Translations under genes and position numbers: made by a program
Notes under the pieces: generated by a model
What the model was told of the DNA's origin: nothing
The model's input: the letters and a program-made list of their open reading frames with translations, nothing else
Database searches by the model: none
Shown: positions 9,656 through 18,599 of the stretch, piece after piece
Position numbering within the stretch: the stretch's first letter is position 1
Layout: each line of letters begins with the position of its first letter
Source: an uncultured Nitrospiraceae bacterium
GTDB lineage: Bacteria; Nitrospirota; Thermodesulfovibrionia; Thermodesulfovibrionales; Dissulfurispiraceae
Assembly: GCA_963727805.1 (NCBI GenBank)
Contig: CAVSHF010000003.1
Coordinates: forward strand, 192,001 to 256,000
Reading direction: 5' to 3'
DNA: 64,000 nt

Positions 9656-10588
9656 ATGGAACGGAAGAGCGAGACGATTGAAGAAATCATAAATTTCCTT
9701 TCTAAGTACCTTCACGGAAAGGCAAAAGCACTTAAGTTTGCGCTCATCACTTTTTTTTCGAGGGGGCATCTGCTCGTCGAGGACTTGCCCGGGCTTGGGA
9801 AAACGACCCTTGCCATTGCGATCACAAAGGCCCTTGGCCTGAGCTTCGGCAGGATTCAATGTACGAGTGATCTCCTGCCGACTGATATCACCGGCCTTTC
9901 CATCTACAATAAAAACACCGGAACCTTCGAATTTCACCAGGGGCCGGTTTTCAACAACATTGTCCTCGTCGATGAGATCAACAGGGCAACGCCCAAGACA
10001 CAGAGCGCGCTCCTTGAGGCGATGGGAGAGAAACAGACGACAATCGAAGGCAAGACCTACAAGCTTGCGAAACCGTTTTTCGTGATTGCAACCCAGAACC
10101 CGGTCGAACAGTTCGGCACTTTCCCACTCCCTGAATCACAGCTCGACCGTTTCACTATGAAGATCAGTATTGGCTACGCATCGAGGCAATCTGAAAAAGA
10201 AATACTAAGGGGTGGCAGCAAGCGCGAGGATCTCTATTCCATCGAGCCGATGATGACGATTGAAGAGGTGATAGAACTGCAGAACGAGATCAAGGAAACG
10301 GTGTATTTGTCGGATAGAGTCCTCGAATATATCCTCGATATTGTCGAGGCGACGCGAAGCAATAAATACATTCTCGCTGGAATATCGACGAGGGGCGTGT
10401 TGGCGATCAACTCTACAGCCAAGACCAAGGCCTATTTCAGCGGTAGGGACTATGTGATCCCGGAGGACATCAAGGAGCTTTCCGAATTCACCATTCCCCA
10501 CAGACTGATATTCAGGGAAGAATATGAACATGTTGACAAGAAGGAGATCATAAAATCGATTATCGACGGCATACCAGTCCCGGTGTAA
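9656..10588 (+). CDS. MoxR-family AAA+ ATPase
   Basis: EDLPGLGKT Walker A, RIQCTSDLLPTD, DEINRATPKTQSALLEAM, ATQNP, LPESQLDRF. Confidence 0.93.
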   Translation: MERKSETIEEIINFLSKYLHGKAKALKFALITFFSRGHLLVEDLPGLGKTTLAIAITKALGLSFGRIQCTSDLLPTDITGLSIYNKNTGTFEFHQGPVFNNIVLVDEINRATPKTQSALLEAMGEKQTTIEGKTYKLAKPFFVIATQNPVEQFGTFPLPESQLDRFTMKISIGYASRQSEKEILRGGSKREDLYSIEPMMTIEEVIELQNEIKETVYLSDRVLEYILDIVEATRSNKYILAGISTRGVLAINSTAKTKAYFSGRDYVIPEDIKELSEFTIPHRLIFREEYEHVDKKEIIKSIIDGIPVPV

Positions 10589-11481
10589 TAAGGATAACGA
10601 AGGCCGGCTGGATTTATATAGTCTGCACAATTTTCCTCGGCTTCTCGGCGGTCAATACAGGCAATAATCTCATCTATCTCATCGTCTCTGTCCTCCTCAG
10701 TTTCATGGGGATTTCCGGTTTTTTTGGCAGGAGAAACATCATGCGGGTCCGTGTAGAGCTCGAAGTTCCTGACGAGATATATGCTGGGACAGTTATGCCG
10801 GTTAAGGTCATACTCTCCAATGACAAGCGATTTATGCCATCATTCTTGATCAGGCTGAAGGTGGATGATTCGGAAACGCTTTTCCCAGTGATCGACAAGG
10901 CGGCAAGGATTGCTGGGATTGCACACATTGCTTTTCCCGAACGGGGCAGACATCAAATCGATCATTGTTACATCTCTTCAGTCTTTCCCTTCAATTTCTT
11001 TACCCGCTTCAGGCGGCTCGACACCGATGTAGATGTTATCGTCTTTCCTGCACCGAAGAAATGCTCCCTCCAAAGTCTCTTTGCCGGGGAAAAGAGCTCG
11101 AGGGGAGACAGGACCTTTGACAGGAGCGGTTTTGAGGCCGAGATACTCTCGATTAGGAATTACCGATATGGTGATCCTCAAAAATACATACACTGGAAGG
11201 CGAGCGCCCGGACTGGTGAACTTAAAACAAAAGAACTCTCTTCGCTTTCTCACCGTCCTCTTATCATTGACTTTGACGAGGTTGTGATCGGCGACCTTGA
11301 AGAAAGGATTTCATGCATAACTTACGTGATCGTCAGGAGTTACCGTTTGAATATACCGGTAGGCATTAAAATCGCCGGAAAGGTCTTCAAGCCTTTCGCA
11401 GAAGATTCGACCGATTTCGGCAAGGCGAGATTAGGGAAAATCGTCATGCTCACCGAGCTTGCCCTCTATGGAAAGGGATAA
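10588..11481 (+). CDS. DUF58 domain protein with N-terminal TM hairpin (start uncertain)
   Basis: SIRNYRYGDPQKYIHWKASAR DUF58 motif; frame is open upstream of ATG 10705 and encodes ITKAGWIYIVCTIFLGFSAVNTGNNLIYLIVSVLLSF but has no ATG/GTG/TTG. Confidence 0.85.
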   Translation: MRITKAGWIYIVCTIFLGFSAVNTGNNLIYLIVSVLLSFMGISGFFGRRNIMRVRVELEVPDEIYAGTVMPVKVILSNDKRFMPSFLIRLKVDDSETLFPVIDKAARIAGIAHIAFPERGRHQIDHCYISSVFPFNFFTRFRRLDTDVDVIVFPAPKKCSLQSLFAGEKSSRGDRTFDRSGFEAEILSIRNYRYGDPQKYIHWKASARTGELKTKELSSLSHRPLIIDFDEVVIGDLEERISCITYVIVRSYRLNIPVGIKIAGKVFKPFAEDSTDFGKARLGKIVMLTELALYGKG

Positions 11482-11483
11482 TT

Positions 11484-13412
11484 ATGGCAAGCAATAGTGG
11501 CGGGTATGCGGTGCGGATAGGGACCGCTCTGAATGGTCTTACGTACGTTGCCGGCCTCATCAGTTTCCTGTCGGTCGTCAGGTATGTCGGGATTTTTTTC
11601 TCTCTTGCCTTTCTTGGCCTTTTCGCTTCGGCCTTCTACTTCGACTATCGCAAGAGATATGCTGTCCCCCGGAGTATCCTTAATGCAGTGCTTGTTGTTT
11701 TTATTATACTTAATTCCTTTAGAATTACCCGTGATGATTTTGTGACCCCCGTAGTGGAAACGTTGCTGATACTTATTGCCATCAAATTAATCGAAGATAA
11801 AAAGACCAGGGACTATATGCAGATCTATGCCATCGCTACTTTTTTGCTTGCGGGATCTGCGCTATTGACTCTTGACCTGCAGTTTTTGATCAACCTTCTA
11901 ATCCTCTCATTCCTGCTGCCACTCTGTGTTGTGCTCCTGACCTTTTATTCACAGGATGACGGCATGATACTTACCCATAAGAACCTTTCGATGATAGTGT
12001 CGAAGGCCCTCCTCATCCCACTAGTTTCGATACCCATGACGGCCCTTATGTTCATCATCCTGCCGCGGACCGGTTATCCTCTTTTGAACTTCCTCAGCAG
12101 GGGTGGTGCAAGTGCCGGATTCACCGATAATGTAAAACTCGGCGACATCTCCAACATCCAGGGAAACGCGACGGTCATTTTGAGGATCGAAATGGAGAAG
12201 ATTGATGATGCGGCGCTCTATTGGCGTGGTATTGTGCTCGACTATTTTGACGGTACTTCGTGGAGAAGCCTCAACCAGGAACCGAGACACGATGGGCGAT
12301 TCGGCCTCGCAGGCAGGAGGGTGACTCAGACCGTATATCTTGAGCCCTATGAAAATAGGTATCTCTTTGCACTGGATAAGCCTGTATTTGTTAATTTCAG
12401 GGATGCAGCGATCTTAAATGACCTGACCACAGCCGCGCGCAAGAATATCGAGAGGCGGATAAAATATAGCGCCGTTTCATTGCTTTCGGAAGTTATCGCA
12501 CAGGATAACGTAGATAAGAAGAGATATCTTCAGTTGCCAAACAGAGATTTCGGTAAGGTGGAGACGCTCGTTCAATCATTGGCGCCAGGCAAAAGCAAGG
12601 AAACACTCGCACGAGCTATCCTACACTATCTGAGACAAGGTCAGTTTGTCTACTCACTCAAAAATTTGCCGATAACGGATAAGCCACTGGAGGATTTTCT
12701 TTTTGCATACAAATACGGTAATTGCGAATATTTCGCTTCCTCGATGGCTGTAATGCTAAGGCTCGCTGGGGTCCCCGCTCGTCTGGTAGGCGGTTACCGA
12801 GGAGGCTACTATAATGGTTTTGGGGGCTATTACCTTGTCACACAGAATAATGCCCATGTATGGGTCGAGGCCTATTTCGACGGAAAGGGCTGGCTAAGGA
12901 TGGACCCGACGCCCGGCAGCATCGGTCCCCTTAGCGGTATCGGCCGGGAGGGCTTTTTATTTAGGATCAGATTATTTCTCGACTCGCTCAACTATTACTG
13001 GAATGCCATGGTTATCGGCTATGATCTGAACAAGCAGATAAAACTCCTCATCTCGTTCAAGAATGTGTTTCAAAGGCCGAAGATAGATCTGTCTGCGTTG
13101 AAGAATTATGCCGTAGGTGCCTTATTTGTTTTCCTCAGCCTCATTGCCACAGGGGCGGCCCTGTATGTGGGAATGAAAAGGAAGCTGAGGGAGATGCAAC
13201 TTATGGATAACTTTATGAAAAAAATGAGAAAGTATGGCTATGATCGGGCAAGATCGGATGGGCTTCATGAGTTTTTAAAAAAGGTCGACGATCCCAAAAT
13301 AAGAGAAAAAGCCCATGAGTTTGTTGATGAATTCGAGGGCCTCTTTTACCGGGACAGGAAAATGACAAAGGATAATGTGGCCCGTTTGAGGCAACTTCTG
13401 GATGATCTGTGA
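11484..13412 (+). CDS. Membrane transglutaminase-like protein (TgpA family)
   Basis: Multiple N-terminal TM helices, YWRGIVLDYFDG, GNCEYFAS, AHVWVE and DPTP giving a Cys-His-Asp triad. Confidence 0.92.
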   Translation: MASNSGGYAVRIGTALNGLTYVAGLISFLSVVRYVGIFFSLAFLGLFASAFYFDYRKRYAVPRSILNAVLVVFIILNSFRITRDDFVTPVVETLLILIAIKLIEDKKTRDYMQIYAIATFLLAGSALLTLDLQFLINLLILSFLLPLCVVLLTFYSQDDGMILTHKNLSMIVSKALLIPLVSIPMTALMFIILPRTGYPLLNFLSRGGASAGFTDNVKLGDISNIQGNATVILRIEMEKIDDAALYWRGIVLDYFDGTSWRSLNQEPRHDGRFGLAGRRVTQTVYLEPYENRYLFALDKPVFVNFRDAAILNDLTTAARKNIERRIKYSAVSLLSEVIAQDNVDKKRYLQLPNRDFGKVETLVQSLAPGKSKETLARAILHYLRQGQFVYSLKNLPITDKPLEDFLFAYKYGNCEYFASSMAVMLRLAGVPARLVGGYRGGYYNGFGGYYLVTQNNAHVWVEAYFDGKGWLRMDPTPGSIGPLSGIGREGFLFRIRLFLDSLNYYWNAMVIGYDLNKQIKLLISFKNVFQRPKIDLSALKNYAVGALFVFLSLIATGAALYVGMKRKLREMQLMDNFMKKMRKYGYDRARSDGLHEFLKKVDDPKIREKAHEFVDEFEGLFYRDRKMTKDNVARLRQLLDDL

Positions 13413-13486
13413 TGAGGGTGTTTTTTTGAGGACATTTGTTGTAAAATTACACTATTATAACCAATCTGCATCGAGGGGAGGTTTCA

Positions 13487-13714
13487 ATGACCGACGAAGA
13501 GATTGTAGAAGCGCTGAAGAAGGACAACGAAGATTTTAAGAAGCTTTATCAGGAGCACAGGGAATTAAACGCACTGCTGGATGATTTGAACAAGAAACAC
13601 TATCTCACCCCCGAGGAAGAATTTGAGAAGAAGAGGATGCAGAAGGAGAAACTTGCCAGAAAGGACCGGATTGCCGAACTCGTCCGGGACTACAAAAAGA
13701 ACCACAATAATTAG
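13487..13714 (+). CDS. DUF465/YdcH-family small coiled-coil protein
   Basis: FKKLYQEHRELN...YLTPEEE...KEKLARKDRI pattern; GGGGAGG SD. Confidence 0.85.
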   Translation: MTDEEIVEALKKDNEDFKKLYQEHRELNALLDDLNKKHYLTPEEEFEKKRMQKEKLARKDRIAELVRDYKKNHNN

Positions 13715-13740
13715 TGTTTGTCCATAAACAGAGCGTATTT

Positions 13741-13774
13741 GTCATTCCTGCAAACGGAGCAAGTCGGGAATGAC
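13741..13774. repeat. GTCATTCC...GGAATGAC palindromic (REP-like) element
   Basis: 10-bp stem GTCATTCCTG/CGGGAATGAC in the intergenic space. Confidence 0.5.
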
Positions 13775-13839
13775 GACTTCATAAGAGAGTTTTTTCTGCG
13801 GCTTAAGCCGATCCAAAACTATAAGGGGATATTGTCTTT

Positions 13840-15498
13840 ATGAGAAGAAGCGATACGATCAAATGCGGACTCGAGCGGATGCCTCACCGGGCGCTCCTCT
13901 ATGCCACCGGCATACCCAAGAGCGAAATGGGCAAGCCCTTTATCGGGGTCGCTACCAGTTTTACTGATTTAATTCCCGGCCACATTGGGATGCGTGACCT
14001 GGAAAGATTTATCGAAAAGGGGGTACACACCGGAGGGGGCTATCCCTTCTTCTTTGGAATCCCCGGGATTTGTGACGGTATCGCTATGGGGCACAAGGGA
14101 ATGCACTATTCTCTGGCCTCCAGGGAATTGATCGCTGACATGGTCGAGACCGTGGCCGAGGCGCACCGGCTTGACGGACTCGTACTCCTTACGAACTGCG
14201 ATAAAATTACTCCTGGAATGCTCATGGCAGCAGCCAGGCTGAACATCCCGAGCATCGTGGTAACAGCCGGGCCAATGCTCGGCGGACGCTACAAAGGACG
14301 CCGCCTTAACCTTACCAGTGATACCTTTGAGGCAGTTGGTAAATTCAAAAAGGGTTTGATTAAGGAGGAGGAGCTTCAGGGCATGGAGATGTGCGCCTGT
14401 CCAGGTGGCGGATCGTGCCAGGGCATGTATACTGCCAACACGATGGCGTGCGTGACTGAGGCCCTCGGAATGAGCTTGCCCGGTTGTGCCACTGCGCCGG
14501 CAGTTCTGGCGCAGAAAAAGAGGATTGCCTTTGACAGCGGAATGAGGATTGTGGATCTCATCAAGAAGAATATCACGCCGCGGAAAATCATGACAAAAAG
14601 GGCCTTTGAAAACGCCATCAGAGTCGACCTGGCTCTTGGGGGTTCCACTAATACCGCGCTGCACATCCCTGCCATAGCCCATGACGCAAAAGTTAATCTT
14701 CCGCTTGAAGTCTTTGACGAGATCAGCAGAAAGACTCCGCATATCACCAATATGATTCCCGGCGGTCAGTACTACATGGAGGACTTGGATGCTGCTGGAG
14801 GAATACCCGCGGTCATGAAAAGTCTTATCGAGATGATGAATGACAATCCGACCGTTTCAGGATCAGGGATTCTGCAAATAGCTGGGGAGGCTCAAGTCTT
14901 CGATGAGGATGTTATAAGGCCGGTGACAAAGGCCTTCCACAAAGAAGGCGGCATAGCCGTGCTAAAGGGAAATCTCGCTCCCGACGGCGCCGTAGTCAAG
15001 CAGACCGCTGTCAGTAAGAACATGATGAAATTTGAAGGCAGTGCAAAGGTCTTCGACTCCGAAGAAGTCGCAATGCAGGCGATCATGGCCGGTGAAATGA
15101 AGGCCGGAGACGTCATGATCATCAGGTATGAGGGACCCAAGGGCGGACCCGGAATGAGGGAGATGCTCTCTCCTACCTCGGCGATTGCGGGAATGGGTCT
15201 CTCTGAATCGGTTGCGCTGATTACCGACGGCCGTTTTTCAGGAGGAACCCGCGGCCCGTGCATTGGCCACGTTTCCCCTGAGGCGATGGAAGGCGGACCG
15301 ATTGCGGTTGTGAAGAATGGAGACAGGATCAGCATTGATATCCCCAAGAGAAAGATTGAAGTCCTGATTTCCGACCAGGAAATAAAAGACAGGCTTGCGG
15401 CCTGGCAAAAGCCCCAGCCGAAGATAAAGCACGGATATCTTTCCCGATATGCAAAACTGGTCAGTTCGGCCGCCAGTGGCGCTATAATGCTCGATTAA
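13840..15498 (+). CDS. ilvD: Dihydroxy-acid dehydratase
   Basis: [60 protein letters not shown]. Confidence 0.97.
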   Translation: MRRSDTIKCGLERMPHRALLYATGIPKSEMGKPFIGVATSFTDLIPGHIGMRDLERFIEKGVHTGGGYPFFFGIPGICDGIAMGHKGMHYSLASRELIADMVETVAEAHRLDGLVLLTNCDKITPGMLMAAARLNIPSIVVTAGPMLGGRYKGRRLNLTSDTFEAVGKFKKGLIKEEELQGMEMCACPGGGSCQGMYTANTMACVTEALGMSLPGCATAPAVLAQKKRIAFDSGMRIVDLIKKNITPRKIMTKRAFENAIRVDLALGGSTNTALHIPAIAHDAKVNLPLEVFDEISRKTPHITNMIPGGQYYMEDLDAAGGIPAVMKSLIEMMNDNPTVSGSGILQIAGEAQVFDEDVIRPVTKAFHKEGGIAVLKGNLAPDGAVVKQTAVSKNMMKFEGSAKVFDSEEVAMQAIMAGEMKAGDVMIIRYEGPKGGPGMREMLSPTSAIAGMGLSESVALITDGRFSGGTRGPCIGHVSPEAMEGGPIAVVKNGDRISIDIPKRKIEVLISDQEIKDRLAAWQKPQPKIKHGYLSRYAKLVSSAASGAIMLD

Positions 15499-15517
15499 TA
15501 AGGTTTTTCCGTGGTAC

Positions 15518-15523
15518 TATAAT
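15518..15523 (+). promoter_or_regulatory. sigma70 -10 element for the tRNA
   Basis: Perfect TATAAT ending 9 nt before the tRNA 5' end. Confidence 0.55.
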
Positions 15524-15532
15524 TGCTCAAAA

Positions 15533-15607
15533 GCGGGCGTAACTCAGTGGTAGAGTGCTAGCTTCCCAAGCTGGAAGTCGCGGGTTCGAATCCCGTCGCC
15601 CGCTCCA
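15533..15607 (+). tRNA. tRNA-Gly (CCC)
   Basis: GCGGGCG/CGCCCGC acceptor stem, anticodon stem CTAGC/GCTGG with loop TTCCCAA, GGTTCGAATCC T-arm, encoded CCA. Confidence 0.96.
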
Positions 15608-15728
15608 TTTGATAAGGGACGCTTATTTTGTACAGCCTGATATTTAGATTGCCTTATCTTCCCCACAGGGTCAATCGTCCGTCGAAAAGCGGCTAATTCT
15701 ATAGGAGCTTACTAAAAGGGATCTATGG

Positions 15729-16394
15729 ATGACCGATAACAGTACTTATTCACTGCTGGCAATCTTTCGTGAGTTGAACGATAAGGAATTCAGGAAAAAG
15801 CTTGCTTTGTTTCCCGAAGACCTTAGGTATTATGTCGTTCTTGCAGGAGGCATAGTCGGGACCGAGTTGTCAAAAAGAGTACAGGAGACACCGAAAGCCG
15901 TGGTCGAAGAGGGCGGAGCCTTCGTGTCCGATATGCTTAATATCGCAACTCCCGGCGAGGACCAGGTATTCAAAGGTATTCTTGAAGCATATCTTGTAGC
16001 GACCCTCAGAGATGAGCTCAGATTCTGCTGCATGAACTGCAGGGAGTTTGAGAAATGCCTGGATATCGGACAGTTACAACTGGGAGAGCTTTTTCAGAGA
16101 CGTATAAACGGTGAAGAAACACAGGAATTGAAAGATGCAATATCTTCCCAGATCACTGAAGCCCTTTCCAGAACCCCGTATATTGACGTCGAAGACGCGT
16201 ATGGACGATGCGGGAAGTTTGTACACCAATATAGCGTTGCAAGCATAGGTGAGGTCTTCGGCCGATATTCCGACATCACTGCTACGCTTGAGCAAAAGTA
16301 CGGCATTGACCGCAGGACTGTGCTACATCAGATGGTTTCAGTCAATATGGAATTCTGTGAGAAGAGCAATAACAATCTGGGAACAGATGAGTAG
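15729..16394 (+). CDS. Hypothetical protein with Cys cluster
   Basis: 221-aa ORF with protein-like composition; CCMNCREFEKC plus two distal Cys. Confidence 0.75.
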   Translation: MTDNSTYSLLAIFRELNDKEFRKKLALFPEDLRYYVVLAGGIVGTELSKRVQETPKAVVEEGGAFVSDMLNIATPGEDQVFKGILEAYLVATLRDELRFCCMNCREFEKCLDIGQLQLGELFQRRINGEETQELKDAISSQITEALSRTPYIDVEDAYGRCGKFVHQYSVASIGEVFGRYSDITATLEQKYGIDRRTVLHQMVSVNMEFCEKSNNNLGTDE

Positions 16395-16433
16395 AATCCT
16401 CCTTATCCGCTGAATAACAAAACATAGGAGATC

Positions 16434-17699
16434 GTGTTTCAGAACCGATGGAGTATGGGCAAGCAATCCGTCAAACATAAGCCTGTTTTTGGGGCACTCG
16501 ACATACTCAAGTACATTGGCCCGGGATTTCTTGTGACGGTGGGTTTTATAGATCCTGGTAACTGGGCTTCGAACATCGCAGCCGGTTCGCTCTATGGATA
16601 TCGTCTCCTATGGATAGTTACACTTTCCACTCTGATGCTAATTCTGCTCCAGCACAACGCCGCGCATCTTGGAATCGCTACTGGGTTTTGTTTGTCCGAA
16701 GCCTCTACCCGATTCATGTCAAAATGGAGCAGCAGGATATTTCTGTTTAGTGCAGTCTTCGCCGCGGTATCTACTGCTCTTGCCGAGATACTCGGTGCGT
16801 CAATCGGCCTTCAGATGCTCCTTGGCATTCCTCTATCCGTTGGCGCGGTATTTTCAGCACTTTTCGCCGCTTTCATGCTCCTTTCAAACAGGTATCGGAA
16901 CCTCGAAAAGTTGATAATTGGTTTTGTCTCCCTCATAGGCATTGCTTTTCTTTTCGAGCTAAGTCTGGTGAGAACAGTGTGGAGTGATGCGATCAGGGAT
17001 TGGGTGGTTCCTTCATTCCCAGCAGGTTCTTTGCCTATTATTATGAGCGTACTCGGCGCAGTTGTGATGCCTCATAACATATTTCTGCATTCCGAGATCA
17101 TCCAGAGCAGGCAGTGGAACCTGCAGGGGGATGCAATAATAAAGAGGCAGCTCAGGTTTGAATTCATGGATACCCTTTCAGCCATGACGATCGGGTGGGC
17201 CATCAACAGCGCAATGGTCCTCGTTGCCGCATCGGTCTTTTATGCCAACGGGGTTACTGTTGAAGAGCTTCCACAGGCCCAGGCTATCCTCAAACCATTG
17301 CTCGGAAATGCAGCAGCAACGGTCTTTGCCTTAGCCCTGATATTTGCCGGTCTTTCATCATCAGTTACCGCAGCTATGGCAGGTGGGAGCATATATGCCG
17401 GCATTTTCATGGAGCCCTATGATCCCGCTGATAATCACTCGCGTGTAGGAGTTCTCGTGACCTTAATCGGCGCTCTTGTCATTGTTTTCTTTATCGGCGA
17501 TCCCTTCAAGGGCATCATCTGGAGCCAGATTATCCTCAGTATCCAGCTCCCGCTCACCATCTTTTCGCTGCTGTTTTTGACGTCTTCCCGAAAGGTGATG
17601 GGTAAGTTCGCCAATTCGCTGAGGGACAACATCCTTCTCTGGGCCACCGGAGCAGTCGTAATCTTTTTTAATGTGATGCTACTCCTACAGTACGTGTAG
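16434..17699 (+). CDS. mntH: Nramp-family divalent metal transporter
   Basis: FIDPGNW and AVVMPHNIFLHS signatures, many TM segments; start GTG 16434 or ATG 16455. Confidence 0.88.
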   Translation: MFQNRWSMGKQSVKHKPVFGALDILKYIGPGFLVTVGFIDPGNWASNIAAGSLYGYRLLWIVTLSTLMLILLQHNAAHLGIATGFCLSEASTRFMSKWSSRIFLFSAVFAAVSTALAEILGASIGLQMLLGIPLSVGAVFSALFAAFMLLSNRYRNLEKLIIGFVSLIGIAFLFELSLVRTVWSDAIRDWVVPSFPAGSLPIIMSVLGAVVMPHNIFLHSEIIQSRQWNLQGDAIIKRQLRFEFMDTLSAMTIGWAINSAMVLVAASVFYANGVTVEELPQAQAILKPLLGNAAATVFALALIFAGLSSSVTAAMAGGSIYAGIFMEPYDPADNHSRVGVLVTLIGALVIVFFIGDPFKGIIWSQIILSIQLPLTIFSLLFLTSSRKVMGKFANSLRDNILLWATGAVVIFFNVMLLLQYV

Positions 17700-17752
17700 T
17701 TCTGTTAACAGGCCGTATGCTGCAGATGGCTGAGTGAAAGGGACCTGAACTT

Positions 17753-18171
17753 CTAGAGCATCCGTTTAACCTCAGGATTGATCCGAATATGAATAATGAT
17801 TTTATTGTCACTGAGACTGTAATCGATATAAAGCACGTCGGAAGTGCCATACGTTGTTGGATAATGCAGCGCCCTCATTTCAAAGCCGACAACCCTATCA
17901 TATTCGTCCCGAATGCAGGCGAGCAGACTGCGATGGAACGAACTGTGAGTACTCACAAACGCCTCAGCACGGGCAATCGCTTCCGTTGCGGGAATCCCTT
18001 TCAAAATTTTAAAATTAAACCCCGGGGTATAAGGGGTGAAGGTGATGCGGTCATCCTCGCGATCAAGAAATGCGACATTAGCAATCTGTTGGGGCCATGA
18101 TCCGCTGTATAAAATAAGGGTGAAGATGCCGAGCACCTGTCAGCATTTGCGAGTTCGGGTTTGAGACTCAT
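17753..18171 (-). pseudogene. Hypothetical protein, probably 5'-frameshifted or truncated
   Basis: 127-aa ORF starts abruptly at GTG 18136; an upstream segment from ATG 18171 (MSLKPELANAD) would join it with one extra base. Confidence 0.4.
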
Positions 18172-18502
18172 CTTCCGGCTAGGTGCTTTATATTTCCGCT
18201 TTTAGAACCTGATGATTCAATTATATCGTCCATCCAGTCTGCCGCGTGATATCATTGATATGGATATTATACTGGTAAGAGGAGATAGGGTCATTATTTG
18301 AATCTACAGGTTTGTTTCAATCCAGAGTCAGATAACCCGGCGTGCCAAAATTGAGACAGCAGAACAATCTATTAGGTGAAAGTTCTATTCAAGAATCTTG
18401 TGATGAGCCTGAGTTGCCTGCTGCCGAGCGAATAAATGACAGAGTCTCAGACGATAGACCGATCTGAAAGAAGGGGATTAAAGATGATGAATTAAAGAGA
18501 TT

Positions 18503-18531
18503 TTGCAGGGATGTAGTGTAAAATGTAAACT
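18503..18531 (+). promoter_or_regulatory. sigma70 promoter for rne
   Basis: TTGCAG-17 nt-TAAACT. Confidence 0.5.
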
Positions 18532-18599
18532 GTCTATTAATAATTGATCGTCGACAGGAGTTGAACATACATGAAAAGAAAGGCAGACTATATCCGCAT

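Noticed and set aside
15533..18500. tRNA-Gly as the attachment site of a genomic island
   Set aside because: I saw no duplicated tRNA 3' end, integrase or transposase
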